A stretch of DNA of 51,090 nt, taken from positions 1-51,090 of the forward strand of contig JBBTWC010000017.1 in assembly GCA_038062975.1 (NCBI GenBank). The letters are read 5' to 3'. The position numbers and the translations under genes were made by a program. This document shows, piece after piece, positions 36,069 through 46,010 of the stretch. The notes beneath the pieces were generated by a model that made no database searches, was not told the DNA's origin, and worked only from the letters and a program-made list of their open reading frames with translations. How positions within the stretch are numbered: position 1 is the first letter of the stretch; every line of letters starts with the position of its first letter. The DNA is from Patescibacteria group bacterium. GTDB taxonomy: Bacteria; Patescibacteriota; Minisyncoccia; Moranbacterales; UBA1568.

Positions 36069-36917
36069 TTACTCAGTTTCTCCAAAAGCAGCCTTCAGCT
36101 CTACTCGAGCTGTTTCTACTGTTGTCTTAAATGTCTCAAGCGCAGCTGCCAAAGAAGTCTTCTTTGTTGCGGCAAGTGCCTTTACCTGCTCCCCTACCTT
36201 ATCAGCATCTTGTCGTTCTGTCTGAAGAGCCTTTCTTGCTGACTCAAGTGCAGACTTGAAATTTGAACGTACGGTTTCTGGATCAGTTCCGTTGGCACAA
36301 TCACTCTTCGCTTTGGCGACAGCGGCATCAACAGCTGACTGAAATGTACTCGCTGCTCCGTTTATATCATCCTTTCGTCCACCAATCGCATTATCAACTC
36401 CCGTACGGAAAGCTGTAATAGCGGCATCAACAGCGGCTCGACGAGCCTCTACTGCCTTTTCAACCGTCTTTTGGAATTTCTCTACAGCATCTTTTTGCTC
36501 ATCAGTCGTTGCCTTTTCCAAAAGCTTGGCATACATGGCTTCACGCTTCTCATCTGCCTTCGTTCGGTTTTCATCAAGACGAGCATCGCGATCTGCGCGG
36601 TTCCCATCCATTTTTTCACCACGATTTGTTTTGCGTTCTTCAAACTTGTCCTTACGCTCTGAAAGGTTACTTGAAATCTTTCCAGCAGTTTCTGTAAACC
36701 GTGAACAAAAAGCTGCTTGGCGGTCATCCTTCCTCTCTTCCATTTTTTCATCACGCACCTCTTTTCTCTCGGCCATCTTTTCATCGCGAGCCTCTTTGCG
36801 CTCTGCCTGACGATCCTGCCAAGGAGTCTCTGCAGATACTGGGCCGACAGATACAAAGAGCGCTGCTATTACGGCCAATATCCCAATACTATATTTATTA
36901 GTAAGCATTTTCATCAT
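36069..36917 (-). CDS. Secreted alpha-helical repeat protein
   Basis: A signal peptide ends at VSA|ETP. Charged repeats follow (ERKEARDEKMAERKEVRDEKMEERKDDR). The start could be one of several Met in MMKM. Confidence 0.65.
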   Translation of the reverse strand: MMKMLTNKYSIGILAVIAALFVSVGPVSAETPWQDRQAERKEARDEKMAERKEVRDEKMEERKDDRQAAFCSRFTETAGKISSNLSERKDKFEERKTNRGEKMDGNRADRDARLDENRTKADEKREAMYAKLLEKATTDEQKDAVEKFQKTVEKAVEARRAAVDAAITAFRTGVDNAIGGRKDDINGAASTFQSAVDAAVAKAKSDCANGTDPETVRSNFKSALESARKALQTERQDADKVGEQVKALAATKKTSLAAALETFKTTVETARVELKAAFGETE

Positions 36918-37218
36918 AAGAAGTTCCTAAATTATTAACGCTTTCGCTATCAGCCTTGATCTCAGCTGTTTCTCCAGCGGACTCGTCTTCTAAGGCAGAG
37001 AGGTCCATCTCTGTCTCGGCCTGAATTGTTTCTGTGACACTATTAACGCTCGAAGGTACTTCGGCAGCTGGCGTATTTTGGGTAGTGTGACCCGTAGGCA
37101 CCTCAGATGAAGTCATCTGATCTTTTTGTTGTCCTGCGTAGAACTTATAGACCAAGATCCCAAGGAGTCCTGCGACTGCAAGTCCTGCCACAACCATGAC
37201 AATCTGTTTTTGTGACAT
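36898..37218 (-). CDS. Small membrane-anchored acidic protein
   Basis: An N-terminal TM helix (VMVVAGLAVAGLLGILVY) is followed by an acidic Ser/Thr/Glu tail. Confidence 0.55.
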   Translation of the reverse strand: MSQKQIVMVVAGLAVAGLLGILVYKFYAGQQKDQMTSSEVPTGHTTQNTPAAEVPSSVNSVTETIQAETEMDLSALEDESAGETAEIKADSESVNNLGTSYDENAY

Positions 37219-37274
37219 AGGTTTCTTTTTAGTGTTTAGCGTTTCTCTATTATACCCCGTTTTGAAGGGGTAAC

Positions 37275-37302
37275 AAAAAGCGCCTATTCTAAGGCGCTTT
37301 TC
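37275..37302 (-). terminator. Rho-independent terminator of uvrB
   Basis: AGCGCC, an 8-nt loop, GGCGCT, flanked by A/T runs on both sides. Confidence 0.7.
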
Positions 37303-37311
37303 TTCTCTTTT

Positions 37312-39357
37312 TTATCTCTTTTTCTTCACTTTTTTCGGAGCATTACTCTCCTCCAGAGCCCGGATCTCATCTCGCAAGATGGCCGCTGTCTCAAAATCCA
37401 ACAACTTCACCGCAGCCTGCATCTCTTTTTCCTTCAGACGAATAAGCTTTGCTGGATCTTTGGCAAAGATTTCCTGATCCAAAACAAGATTGGCACGCAC
37501 CGCTTTATCGTGCTCGCTTTCCAAATGCTCCGTGATATCTCCAAACTTCTTCTTGATCGTTTGTGGAGTGATACCGTGCTCTACATTATATGCAGTTTGA
37601 AGCGCTCGACGTCGATTTGTCTCATCCAGTGATCGCTTCATAGAATCAGTCATACGATCTGCATACAAAATGACTCTTCCCGCTGAGTTTCTCGCAGCTC
37701 GTCCAATCGTTTGAATGAGTGAAGTTTCTGAACGAAGAAATCCTTCTTTGTCGGCATCCAAAATTCCAATAAAGGTTACTTCTGGAAGATCGAGTCCTTC
37801 ACGAAGTAGGTTTACACCCACCAGACAGTCAAACTCTCCCTTACGGAATTGTGTGAGAATTTTGATACGATCAATTGTTTTGATATCACTGTGCAGATAT
37901 TCGGCTTTGATACTTTTCTCTTTGAGATACACAGATAGATCTTCTGCCATCTTTTTGGTCAGCGTCGTAGCAATCACTCGGCCACCCTTCTTCACTTCTT
38001 TCTCGGTTTCAGCAATGAAGTCACCAATTTGACCTGGATATTCACCTTCTTCTTTGGATGCCAGAATGGGACGCACTTCTACTTCTGGATCCGTGAGTCC
38101 CGTTGGACGAATCACTTGCTCGGTAATATTCTCACTGATTTCTCGTTCATAGTCAGCTGGAGTAGCTGAGGTAAAAATCATCCCACCGACGCGCTCATAA
38201 AATTCTTCATAGCGTAATGGTCGGTTATCCAAAGCGCTTGGCAAACGGAAACCAAATTCTACGAGCGTCTTTTTACGAGACTGATCTCCTGCGTACATTC
38301 CCCGAAGCTGTGGCAAGGTTACGTGAGACTCATCGATAATCGTGAGAAAGTCTGGCTTTCCATCCGGAGTATGCGGGAAATATGAAAGCAATGTCTCTGG
38401 TGCTTCTCCTGGCTTCTTCCCAGAGAGATGACGCGAATAATTTTCGATACCATTACAATACCCAATCTCTTGGATCATAGCCAAATCATAATTTGTTCGG
38501 CGCTTCAGACGCTCAACTTCCAAGAGCTTGCCTTCTTTTTCTAACACAGCGAGGCGTTCTGTAAGTTCAGCGCGAATAGATTCCACAGCGCGTTTCTGCT
38601 GTTCTTTATCCGTAATGAAGTGCTTGGCTGGAAACATAAAGATTGTTTCCGGTGTCCCTAAAATGGTTTGTGAGACTGGATCAATCTTCGTAATACTTTC
38701 AATTCTTCCTCCAACAAGTTCGAGTAAGTAAATGTATTTTTCCGAAATAGGCATGATCTCGATACGATTGCCCAGACTACGAAATTGACCTGGGTTAATA
38801 TCCGCGTTGGTCCGCTCAAAGAAAATAGAAACGAGGTTATGTAAAAGTTCCGTACGCGAAATCTCCATACCCACCTCGAGATGCATATTCTCTTTTTTGT
38901 ATTCCTCTGGAGATCCCAAACCATAGATACACGAAACTGATGCAACGATAATAACGTCGCGTCGCGTCAACAACGCTTGGGTAGAGGCATGACGCAAACG
39001 ATCGATTTCTTCATTGATCTGAGCATCCTTTTCAATGTAGGTATCAGAAACCGGCATGTAGGCTTCTGGTTGGTAGTAATCGTAGTACGAAACAAAATAA
39101 TGTACCGCGTGATCTGGAAAAAATGCTTGGTACTCCTGCGCCAATTGAGCGGCCAAAGTTTTATTGTGTGCAATAACGAGCGTTGGCTTATCGAGACGCG
39201 CAATCACATTGGCCATGGTAAACGTCTTCCCTGACCCCGTCACGCCCAAAAGCGTCTGGAAGCGCTTCCCTGCTTGGTAGCTCTTTACCAGAGATTCAAT
39301 AGCCTTGGGCTGATCGCCGGCTGGCTCGTACGGATGATTGAGAGTAAAAACAGACAC
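37312..39357 (-). CDS. uvrB: Excinuclease ABC subunit B
   Basis: Motifs seen: GVTGSGKTFT, IIDESHVT, helicase C motifs, and the C-terminal UVR motif LDFETAAILRDEIRALE. Confidence 0.95.
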   Translation of the reverse strand: MSVFTLNHPYEPAGDQPKAIESLVKSYQAGKRFQTLLGVTGSGKTFTMANVIARLDKPTLVIAHNKTLAAQLAQEYQAFFPDHAVHYFVSYYDYYQPEAYMPVSDTYIEKDAQINEEIDRLRHASTQALLTRRDVIIVASVSCIYGLGSPEEYKKENMHLEVGMEISRTELLHNLVSIFFERTNADINPGQFRSLGNRIEIMPISEKYIYLLELVGGRIESITKIDPVSQTILGTPETIFMFPAKHFITDKEQQKRAVESIRAELTERLAVLEKEGKLLEVERLKRRTNYDLAMIQEIGYCNGIENYSRHLSGKKPGEAPETLLSYFPHTPDGKPDFLTIIDESHVTLPQLRGMYAGDQSRKKTLVEFGFRLPSALDNRPLRYEEFYERVGGMIFTSATPADYEREISENITEQVIRPTGLTDPEVEVRPILASKEEGEYPGQIGDFIAETEKEVKKGGRVIATTLTKKMAEDLSVYLKEKSIKAEYLHSDIKTIDRIKILTQFRKGEFDCLVGVNLLREGLDLPEVTFIGILDADKEGFLRSETSLIQTIGRAARNSAGRVILYADRMTDSMKRSLDETNRRRALQTAYNVEHGITPQTIKKKFGDITEHLESEHDKAVRANLVLDQEIFAKDPAKLIRLKEKEMQAAVKLLDFETAAILRDEIRALEESNAPKKVKKKR

Positions 39358-39413
39358 GTGATTTTCTTTAGTAATTCAGTATAGCAAATTCCCCTCTTCT
39401 TGTTCTCTATTCT

Positions 39414-40121
39414 TTATCGAATAAATGGAGCAACCTTTTCATACCACAGTGCATAACCATCTCCTGATGGATGGAGCATATCTTTGGAATAATACCTGGC
39501 CGTATCCGTCCGAAACACCTGCCCAACTTTCTCGGCATAGAGATCAACATACTCTACCCCGTGACGTTTCGCAGCCGCTAAAAAGATTTCACGTACAGCT
39601 AAAGTTTGCTTACTCCAAAAATACCCAAATGGATACGAGAAAAATGGTGCTTCACCTACATCACCTGCCGTCACCAAGACGACATGCGCACTTCTTTTCT
39701 TGGCTTCGGTAAGTACCGCCTCTATATCCTTTTCCAAAGCCTGCCTCGCAGTAAAGTACAAAACATCATTTCCTCCAATTTGAATGACAATCACATCAAA
39801 TGTCTCCCGAAGAGAAGTAAGCTCCGAAATAACTTCTCGTGTCTTCTTTCCATTTCGACTGATATTTACCACGGAAGCCCGAGGAAAGTCTGCTCCGATT
39901 CTTCCGGCAACTGACTCTGTCGGCTGATCGGCGCCCGTTCCGACACCGGTACTGTCACCAATAACTAATATATTCTTTTCTGCATTTTCCAGCTTTCTTT
40001 CATAGGGTACCGCGTTTTTCTGAATGCTCGTACCCACCTGAATAAGAAAGAAAGCACGCAAAACAGCAAAGCCGAGCCACAGCGAGGCAAGAAGAATGAA
40101 AAAAAGAAGATATTTCACCAT
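39414..40121 (-). CDS. SGNH/GDSL-family hydrolase with N-terminal anchor
   Basis: The start is taken at MVKYLLFF (track ORF to 40328). Block I is VIGDSTGVG. Also seen: QIGGNDVL and the C-terminal DMLHPSGDGY. Confidence 0.75.
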   Translation of the reverse strand: MVKYLLFFILLASLWLGFAVLRAFFLIQVGTSIQKNAVPYERKLENAEKNILVIGDSTGVGTGADQPTESVAGRIGADFPRASVVNISRNGKKTREVISELTSLRETFDVIVIQIGGNDVLYFTARQALEKDIEAVLTEAKKRSAHVVLVTAGDVGEAPFFSYPFGYFWSKQTLAVREIFLAAAKRHGVEYVDLYAEKVGQVFRTDTARYYSKDMLHPSGDGYALWYEKVAPFIR

Positions 40122-40182
40122 AGTATCTATTATAACGAAAAAAAGAGCCCGCAGATAGCTCTGGGACTCTTTTCTCTTTTCC

Positions 40183-41409
40183 CTAGTTGATGAAGGTAAA
40201 CGCGTGACCGTGTTTGTCTCCACGACCAGTACGGCCGATACGGTGGACGTAGTCCTCGTAATTTTCTGGGAGTTCAAAGTTGATAACGTGAGTAACATCT
40301 GGAATATCCAAACCACGAGCAGCCACATCGGTCGCTACGAGGATGGTTACTTCATTGTTCGTGAAGCGACGAAGTGATCGCTGACGCTGGGATTGTGATT
40401 TGTCTCCATGGATAGAATCAGCTGAAAATCCACGCTCTTCCAAAGTACGTGCGAGCTTGTCTACGCCGTGTTTGGTGCGACCAAAGATCATCACCTTATC
40501 AAATCCTGGACGGAGCAAAAGATTGTGCAATACTTCGATCTTTTGTTCACCAGGACCAACTTTGATAATATCTTGTTCTACATTCTCAGAAGTAGCACGA
40601 TTCTTGATAGTGATCGTAATTGGATCCTTCAAAAAGTGTCTTGCGAGATCAGAGATTTCTCGTGGCATTGTTGCCGAGAAAAACAAAGACTGTCGTGGTT
40701 CCTGCATCAATGCAACAAGATACTTAATGTCCTTGATAAACCCCATGTCGAGCATGCGATCTACTTCATCGAGTACAATGTTGTTGAACTGCGTCAAATC
40801 AAGATTTTTTCTTTCAATAAGATCTTTGAGACGTCCTGGAGTTCCAATAACAAAATTTGGATTGCGAGAAAGAATACGAATCTGTTGATCAATTCTTGCA
40901 CCACCAATGATGATAGCGGACTGCAATCCAGAACCCATAGCAAAGCTTTTGAATTCTTCGTCAATCTGCTGAGCAAGCTCACGAGTTGGAACGATAATCA
41001 AAGCCTTTTGGGCTGGAAATTTAAAGGTCTTGTGAATGAGAGGCAACAAAAAGGCAGCGGTCTTTCCGGTACCCGTATTGGCAATACCAATCAGGTCACG
41101 TCCCTGCAAAATATGAGGGATAGCACCATCTTGGATTGGAGTTGGGTGAACATAACCCTTCTTGGCAACGTTTGCTTTGAGCTTGCTATGCATCTCAAAA
41201 TCCGCAAACTTGTGTTCTGGGTTAAAGGCTTCTACCTCTGTTGTCTGAATCGCCTTTTTTACAAACTGTGTAAAATCGAATTTTGGCTCGAGACGACCAT
41301 GCTGTTTAATAGAACCTCGTTTTTGACGAGATCCTCCGTAACCACGGCTCTTGGCCGGTCCGGAATTGCGCTTCGAAAACGAACGCGTCTTAGTACTTCG
41401 TGTGTTCAT
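40183..41409 (-). CDS. DEAD-box RNA helicase
   Basis: Q motif PTPIQ, plus ANTGTGKTAAF, DEVD, SAT and HRIGRTGRG. The N-terminus is basic. Confidence 0.93.
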   Translation of the reverse strand: MNTRSTKTRSFSKRNSGPAKSRGYGGSRQKRGSIKQHGRLEPKFDFTQFVKKAIQTTEVEAFNPEHKFADFEMHSKLKANVAKKGYVHPTPIQDGAIPHILQGRDLIGIANTGTGKTAAFLLPLIHKTFKFPAQKALIIVPTRELAQQIDEEFKSFAMGSGLQSAIIIGGARIDQQIRILSRNPNFVIGTPGRLKDLIERKNLDLTQFNNIVLDEVDRMLDMGFIKDIKYLVALMQEPRQSLFFSATMPREISDLARHFLKDPITITIKNRATSENVEQDIIKVGPGEQKIEVLHNLLLRPGFDKVMIFGRTKHGVDKLARTLEERGFSADSIHGDKSQSQRQRSLRRFTNNEVTILVATDVAARGLDIPDVTHVINFELPENYEDYVHRIGRTGRGDKHGHAFTFIN

Positions 41410-41656
41410 CTATACTTTCTTAAAGATAACGGGCAATTAGGCACAAAGATCTTTTGTACATAATCCGCCGTAGCAAAGCCACGGGCATTCCCCGATTTTT
41501 CATCCCGTAAGCTCTGAAATGAATACATGCTTTCATTTCATCTGTGCTTTCCTGGGAAAACAAAAACCCCTTTTCCCACCAAAAAAGAAAAGGAGTTTCT
41601 TGTAAGTGAGAGTCTGCTATGAGTCACGTAATATGGACTCTATAGGAGGAAATCTA

Positions 41657-41685
41657 ATTAAAGCAGAAAAAGTATATACTGTCAA
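41657..41685 (-). promoter_or_regulatory. Candidate sigma70 promoter of the DEAD-box helicase gene
   Basis: Minus strand reads TTGACA (41685-41680), 17 nt spacer, TTTAAT (41662-41657). This implies a leader of roughly 240 nt. Confidence 0.55.
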
Positions 41686-41708
41686 CCCGAAGCCAGAAAT
41701 AAGCCTCT

Positions 41709-41987
41709 TTAGAGCTTTCCGCTCAGTGTTTTGTCGAGTGTATCTAGGTCGTGATCGCTTAGCCCATTTGAGGCATGATTCTTGCGAAGCGTGTCGAGGA
41801 GCTGGTCTTTCTCATGACGATCCATCCCATAATTGGTCCCTCGCTCGTTCAAAGAAGCATCTGCGACCTCGGAAACCCGCTCAATATCACGGTGTGTGAG
41901 CCCTCCTTTTTGGAGGTCGCTACGAACCGATTCTTTAAATTCCTTTGGAGTGACTCGTTTTTTACTTGGCAAAAGAAGTCCTAACAT
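41709..41987 (-). CDS. Hypothetical protein (92 aa)
   Basis: The ORF has a coding-like composition. I recognised no motif. Confidence 0.45.
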   Translation of the reverse strand: MLGLLLPSKKRVTPKEFKESVRSDLQKGGLTHRDIERVSEVADASLNERGTNYGMDRHEKDQLLDTLRKNHASNGLSDHDLDTLDKTLSGKL

Positions 41988-42017
41988 ATGTGTATATTTA
42001 CTTGCCTCCAGTATACC

Positions 42018-42800
42018 CTATTTTATCTTTGAAACAACAATAGCGGCTTTTTGCTTGGTATCCACATTCACGTGTTTTCCAGTAGGATAGTCCCCTATCG
42101 CGGAATACAGAACATTTTCCGCATATCGGTACATCTTTCCATGTCGCGTACCAGGATCGTTGACAATAAACTCTTTCGTCTTCGTATCATACCCAATCAC
42201 TAAAAGCATATGCACCGGAGGCCCCGGCTGTGTAAAATGCGGATTTCCTAATTTTCGTCCATCCGCCGGAACAATAAAAATTGATCCTTCTTGGACAATA
42301 TTCTTCATGTCCTGAAGCGTGAGGTCGTACAGAACCTCAGATGGTACTCCATACACATCCTTGAGCATCTGCTTGGTATCTTTGGACGATGTATCAATAG
42401 AATGGCCGAACTTTTTCTTTTGATACTCGACCAACGCCAGGATTTCTTTCTTCCCCTGCTCTGGAGTCACTCCTGTTCCCTCTATCCAATGCCGGGCCAT
42501 AATAATTGACGCTTCTTCGCAGGCATTCTCAAAGATTGGATCCGCCCATTCTCCAAACGGAGCCTGCACCAGAAAAGGTACTTCTAATGGAATCACCTTT
42601 TCTTGAACAACAGGTTCCTCTGGTTGCACTACGACGGGTTCTTCCACGACAGGAGTCACGTCTTCTATTGGTTCAACACTTGGTTCCAATGGAAGCACGA
42701 CACTACTCTCCTCTTTCGGCTTCGAAAAATCTGAATACCAGAAAAAGCCTCCCAATGAAATGAGAATAATAAACAAAAGAAGAAACGTTCGTTTAATCAT
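42018..42800 (-). CDS. Membrane-anchored C39-like peptidase domain protein
   Basis: The start is taken at MIKRTFLLLF. VPFLVQAPFGEW...ENACEEASIIMA resembles the C39_2 catalytic-Cys region, with a later His in HMLLVIGYD. Confidence 0.5.
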   Translation of the reverse strand: MIKRTFLLLFIILISLGGFFWYSDFSKPKEESSVVLPLEPSVEPIEDVTPVVEEPVVVQPEEPVVQEKVIPLEVPFLVQAPFGEWADPIFENACEEASIIMARHWIEGTGVTPEQGKKEILALVEYQKKKFGHSIDTSSKDTKQMLKDVYGVPSEVLYDLTLQDMKNIVQEGSIFIVPADGRKLGNPHFTQPGPPVHMLLVIGYDTKTKEFIVNDPGTRHGKMYRYAENVLYSAIGDYPTGKHVNVDTKQKAAIVVSKIK

Positions 42801-42813
42801 GAGGCTTATACTT

Positions 42814-43785
42814 TTACAAAGAAGAGAAAAAAGACTTCCATGGCGCAAGGAATGTCGTTACAAGAACCTGAAAAGAAGAAAATTCTCCGCTCCCACAAAC
42901 CTGCTGAAGTTGTTGCTTATCCTCTGATGAAAGCGTGATGGTATCAATGTCCTGTCCGCCCATCAGATAGTACATTATAGAGGCTGTATTTTCTATGTGA
43001 TTCAACCCAAGCGAATGTCCGAGCTCATGCGCCAAAACAAGACGCAGTTCCGAAAGATCTCGAAATTGGTACACGTTAATCTCGGCACCCGTATAGACGC
43101 CTTGATCAAACTCTCGAGACTCTCCGTAGCGTGAAACGTAATTATTTAGATGCGTATTGTACTTTTCGATGACCGCTGTTTCTTTCCCAGAAAAAGTATT
43201 CATCTTTTCTACTAGTACATTCACAGCCTGACGCGCAGACTCAACCTCTTTCCCTAGAGAATCGAGTGCTTTGGATTCTTTTTGAAGTCGTTCATACTCA
43301 TCTTTTGGAGCTCCTCCCTTTTCATTCCATTTTTCGACATCAGTATTGTATCGATCAAGACGCTTTGTAAAGGTGGCTAACAAGAGCTCGTATCCATTCT
43401 TCTTTTTCTTGTACTCTGTCTCAATAGAAGCATAATCCTGACCGATCTTTTGTTGCACTGCTTTTGTTTGATCTAGTTCTGCTTCTAAGCGCTTCGAAGC
43501 ATCTGTCTGCTCCTGACGTTCATCGTACACAAGATTGATACGAAACTCTGCGTCCGGAACAAAACGAAACAGTTCTCGTCCTGTTTCTTTTTCCCACGGC
43601 TTACTCGCATCTTTGATAGCATCCTGAAAGGTCTCTTGATCTATCCCAAAACGCTCATCAAAAGTCCCAATTGAATATTCAATCGGACGAATACACGGCG
43701 ACTTCTCCCAGAGCATCCAGAGAGATGTACCCAAGAGAGTCAGCAAAAAAACGAGAGTGAGTAAACGACGCATAGTCAAAAGCAA
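42814..43785 (-). CDS. Matrixin-type (M10) zinc metalloprotease with coiled-coil insert
   Basis: LAHELGHSLGLNHIENTASIMYY carries HExxHxxGxxH plus a Met-turn. The N-terminus has an anchor. Confidence 0.8.
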   Translation of the reverse strand: MLLTMRRLLTLVFLLTLLGTSLWMLWEKSPCIRPIEYSIGTFDERFGIDQETFQDAIKDASKPWEKETGRELFRFVPDAEFRINLVYDERQEQTDASKRLEAELDQTKAVQQKIGQDYASIETEYKKKKNGYELLLATFTKRLDRYNTDVEKWNEKGGAPKDEYERLQKESKALDSLGKEVESARQAVNVLVEKMNTFSGKETAVIEKYNTHLNNYVSRYGESREFDQGVYTGAEINVYQFRDLSELRLVLAHELGHSLGLNHIENTASIMYYLMGGQDIDTITLSSEDKQQLQQVCGSGEFSSFQVLVTTFLAPWKSFFSSL

Positions 43786-43790
43786 AGAAA

Positions 43791-44183
43791 CTATTCTGAT
43801 TCGTGAGCATGTTTTTCTGCCTCGTCAGCTTCTGCCTTCGTTTTGTGTACGGTGCCCTGCGCATGCTGTGGCGGAGCGTACAAAGTATAGAGCTTGAGCT
43901 TTTCAGTCTCTGAAGCATTGATAATGTTGTGCAGTGTCCCAGCAGGCACGATAGCTGCACCACCAGCTTGCACTGTTTTTTCTTCACCACCAATCAAGAC
44001 TTTTGCCTCTCCTTCCTCAAAACGAAAGAATTGATCATGTCCATCATGTGTTTCCGCGCCAATTTCTTCTCCTGGTTGCAAAGTCATCAGTACCAATTGA
44101 ATATTTGGACCCGTAAAAACAACGGTACGAAAATTTTCATTATCGAGTGTTTGTTGCTCGACATTGCCAGTATATCCTTGCAT
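43791..44183 (-). CDS. Cupin-domain protein
   Basis: GEEIGAETHDGHDQFFRFEEGEAKV ... VPAGTLHNI is the two-motif cupin pattern. Confidence 0.75.
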   Translation of the reverse strand: MQGYTGNVEQQTLDNENFRTVVFTGPNIQLVLMTLQPGEEIGAETHDGHDQFFRFEEGEAKVLIGGEEKTVQAGGAAIVPAGTLHNIINASETEKLKLYTLYAPPQHAQGTVHKTKAEADEAEKHAHESE

Positions 44184-44373
44184 ATGTTTATAGCTACAAA
44201 TTACCTCTCTAGTCTACCCTGTAGTACAATTTCGAACAATTCTTTTAAACCTTCCCTTCAGACTACTCTAATAAGATCATTGACACCCTACTCTAGCAAA
44301 AGACTCTCAACAACCCTTTCGAAATTGTCATACGGGGTATACCATTTTCCCAAAAACAAAAACCGAGCTCACC

Positions 44374-44793
44374 TTAGGAGCCCGGGATAAATTCTTCTTT
44401 TGCGCTTTCCTTCTCTTCTTTCTTGGCTATTCTCTCCGAAGTCTTTCGACTCAGATCAAGAAATTCATCTTGGAGCTGCTTGAGCTCCACATCCGAAAAA
44501 TCTTCTATATCGATCAATTGATTGCGGGCCTTCTTAATAGAACGGATAAGCTCATCCAGCTTCAGATGCGTCGCTTTCGCGTCTCGATTCTGCGTATTCT
44601 GAACCAAAAAAACAATCAAAAACGTGAGGATAGTGGTGCCAGTATTAATCACGAGTTGCCATGTGTCCGAGTATCCAAACAGTGGACCAGATGTAGCCCA
44701 GATAAGTACAACAATAATGGCCGTCACAAAAGCCCACGGTGAGCCTACAGCATCAGAAGTTTTTTGTGCAATTTTATGAAAGAGGTCGTGCAT
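44374..44793 (-). CDS. Low-affinity iron permease family-like membrane protein
   Basis: GSPWAFVTAIIVVLIWATSGP...LTFLIVFLVQNTQNRDAKATHLKLDELIRS. Confidence 0.65.
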   Translation of the reverse strand: MHDLFHKIAQKTSDAVGSPWAFVTAIIVVLIWATSGPLFGYSDTWQLVINTGTTILTFLIVFLVQNTQNRDAKATHLKLDELIRSIKKARNQLIDIEDFSDVELKQLQDEFLDLSRKTSERIAKKEEKESAKEEFIPGS

Positions 44794-44834
44794 ATCAAAA
44801 TAATACTAGAGTACTAGGAGAAAGTAAACGTTCT

Positions 44835-45281
44835 TTATTCCAAATCCAAGTGTCGGATTGGCGCCATGACTGCTTCTGGATGCTCTTTCCACTCATCTGA
44901 TACATCCGCATACAATTCCAATTCATTTCCATCAGGATCAAGGATATACAAACTGTGTGTCACCGTATGATCCGATGCTCCAATAAACGGCACTCCTTTT
45001 TCTTGTAGCTCTTTGTAGGCGCGCTGTATATCTTCGGGAGTGTCACCAATCTTAAACCCGATATGATACAGCCCTGGCTCTGGAGCATGCTTTTCACGAG
45101 GACTTCCCCCTACTTCAATCAACAACATTTCATGATGCGTACGGCCAGACGAGTATGCAGCCATCCCCGGCTTTCGTACAATTTCGCGAAACCCCAACGT
45201 ATCACGATAAAAATTCGCTGAGCGCTCCAAATTACTGACATAAAGCACAACGTGCCCAAGTTCTTTGATTTCCATATCCAT
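44835..45281 (-). CDS. VOC/glyoxalase-bleomycin resistance family protein
   Basis: Motifs seen: LGHVVLYVSNLERSANFYRDTLGF, LYHIGFKI, SLYILDPDGNELELY. Confidence 0.8.
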   Translation of the reverse strand: MDMEIKELGHVVLYVSNLERSANFYRDTLGFREIVRKPGMAAYSSGRTHHEMLLIEVGGSPREKHAPEPGLYHIGFKIGDTPEDIQRAYKELQEKGVPFIGASDHTVTHSLYILDPDGNELELYADVSDEWKEHPEAVMAPIRHLDLE

Positions 45282-45507
45282 AGTGTATCACTTCTTTTAT
45301 GATATAAAAAAAACGCCCTTCGCCTGTATCCCAAAGCAGAGAGCATTTTCTTTTTCTTCGAAGAACTTTTATCGATACAACGAAAAAAGTCCGACAGCAC
45401 ACACGGTGATGAAAGCTACTGCTTCCGCAACGTATAAGTACTTCTTCATCTTCTTCATATTTTTTATTTTACTCCTTTCGCTTAGTATATCACTGCTTCT
45501 CCCTTTT

Positions 45508-45984
45508 TTACATACCCCCTTCCAAAGAAAGAATGATTTGAAATTCTTTTTCCGTTACTGGAGTAATAGACAGCCTACTTCCCGGTTGCAGAAGCGCCAA
45601 AGAACCAAGACTTTTCTCCTTCCGGAGCTCAGACAAAGTCACGGTACGCTGAAACTTTTTTTGAAACTGTATTTCTCGAGAGATCCAGCGTGGATTTTCT
45701 TTAGTGCTTTTGGGATCGTAATAGTCACTCCCTTTTCGGAACTGTTCGCTGTCTGGAAGTGGGCCACTGATAACCTTGGCTATCCCGACAATCCCGATTT
45801 CTTTCGTATTCGAATGATATATCAAAACAAGGTCGCCAGGATGCAGAGCGTCCCGCAAGAAATTGCGCACCTGGTAATTCCGTACACCATACCACTCGGT
45901 CCTCTGATCCTTTTTGAGATCATCAATAGAGTATGCACTCGGCTCTGTTTTGAAAATCCAATATTGAGGTGTCTCTTTTTTCAT
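45508..45984 (-). CDS. EVE (PUA-like) domain protein
   Basis: The start is taken at MKKETPQYWIFKTEP. Also seen: WYGVRNYQVRNFLRDALHPGDLVLIYHS. Confidence 0.8.
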   Translation of the reverse strand: MKKETPQYWIFKTEPSAYSIDDLKKDQRTEWYGVRNYQVRNFLRDALHPGDLVLIYHSNTKEIGIVGIAKVISGPLPDSEQFRKGSDYYDPKSTKENPRWISREIQFQKKFQRTVTLSELRKEKSLGSLALLQPGSRLSITPVTEKEFQIILSLEGGM

Positions 45985-46010
45985 ATATACAGAGTATACC
46001 AAATGAATGC

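Noticed and set aside
36480-36860. Periodic repeats at the DNA level that could suggest a repeat array
   Set aside because: They are in-frame charged-residue repeats (ERKE.RDEKM) inside a secreted-protein gene. There are no spacers of constant length and no cas genes, so this is not a CRISPR array.
40468-41463. 331-aa + strand ORF antisense to the DEAD-box helicase (also 20011..20766 across four small genes)
   Set aside because: The opposite strand carries textbook helicase motifs, or several conserved-domain genes. The antisense translations are Leu/Ser/Phe-rich with no motifs.
44226-44328. 11-bp inverted repeat ACAATTTCGAA ... TTCGAAATTGT separated by 81 nt, between the iron-permease-like and cupin genes
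   Set aside because: It is real in the sequence, but the repeat is short and AT-rich, includes the palindromic TTCGAA, and has no supporting context. It could be an operator or chance, and the evidence is too thin for a feature call.
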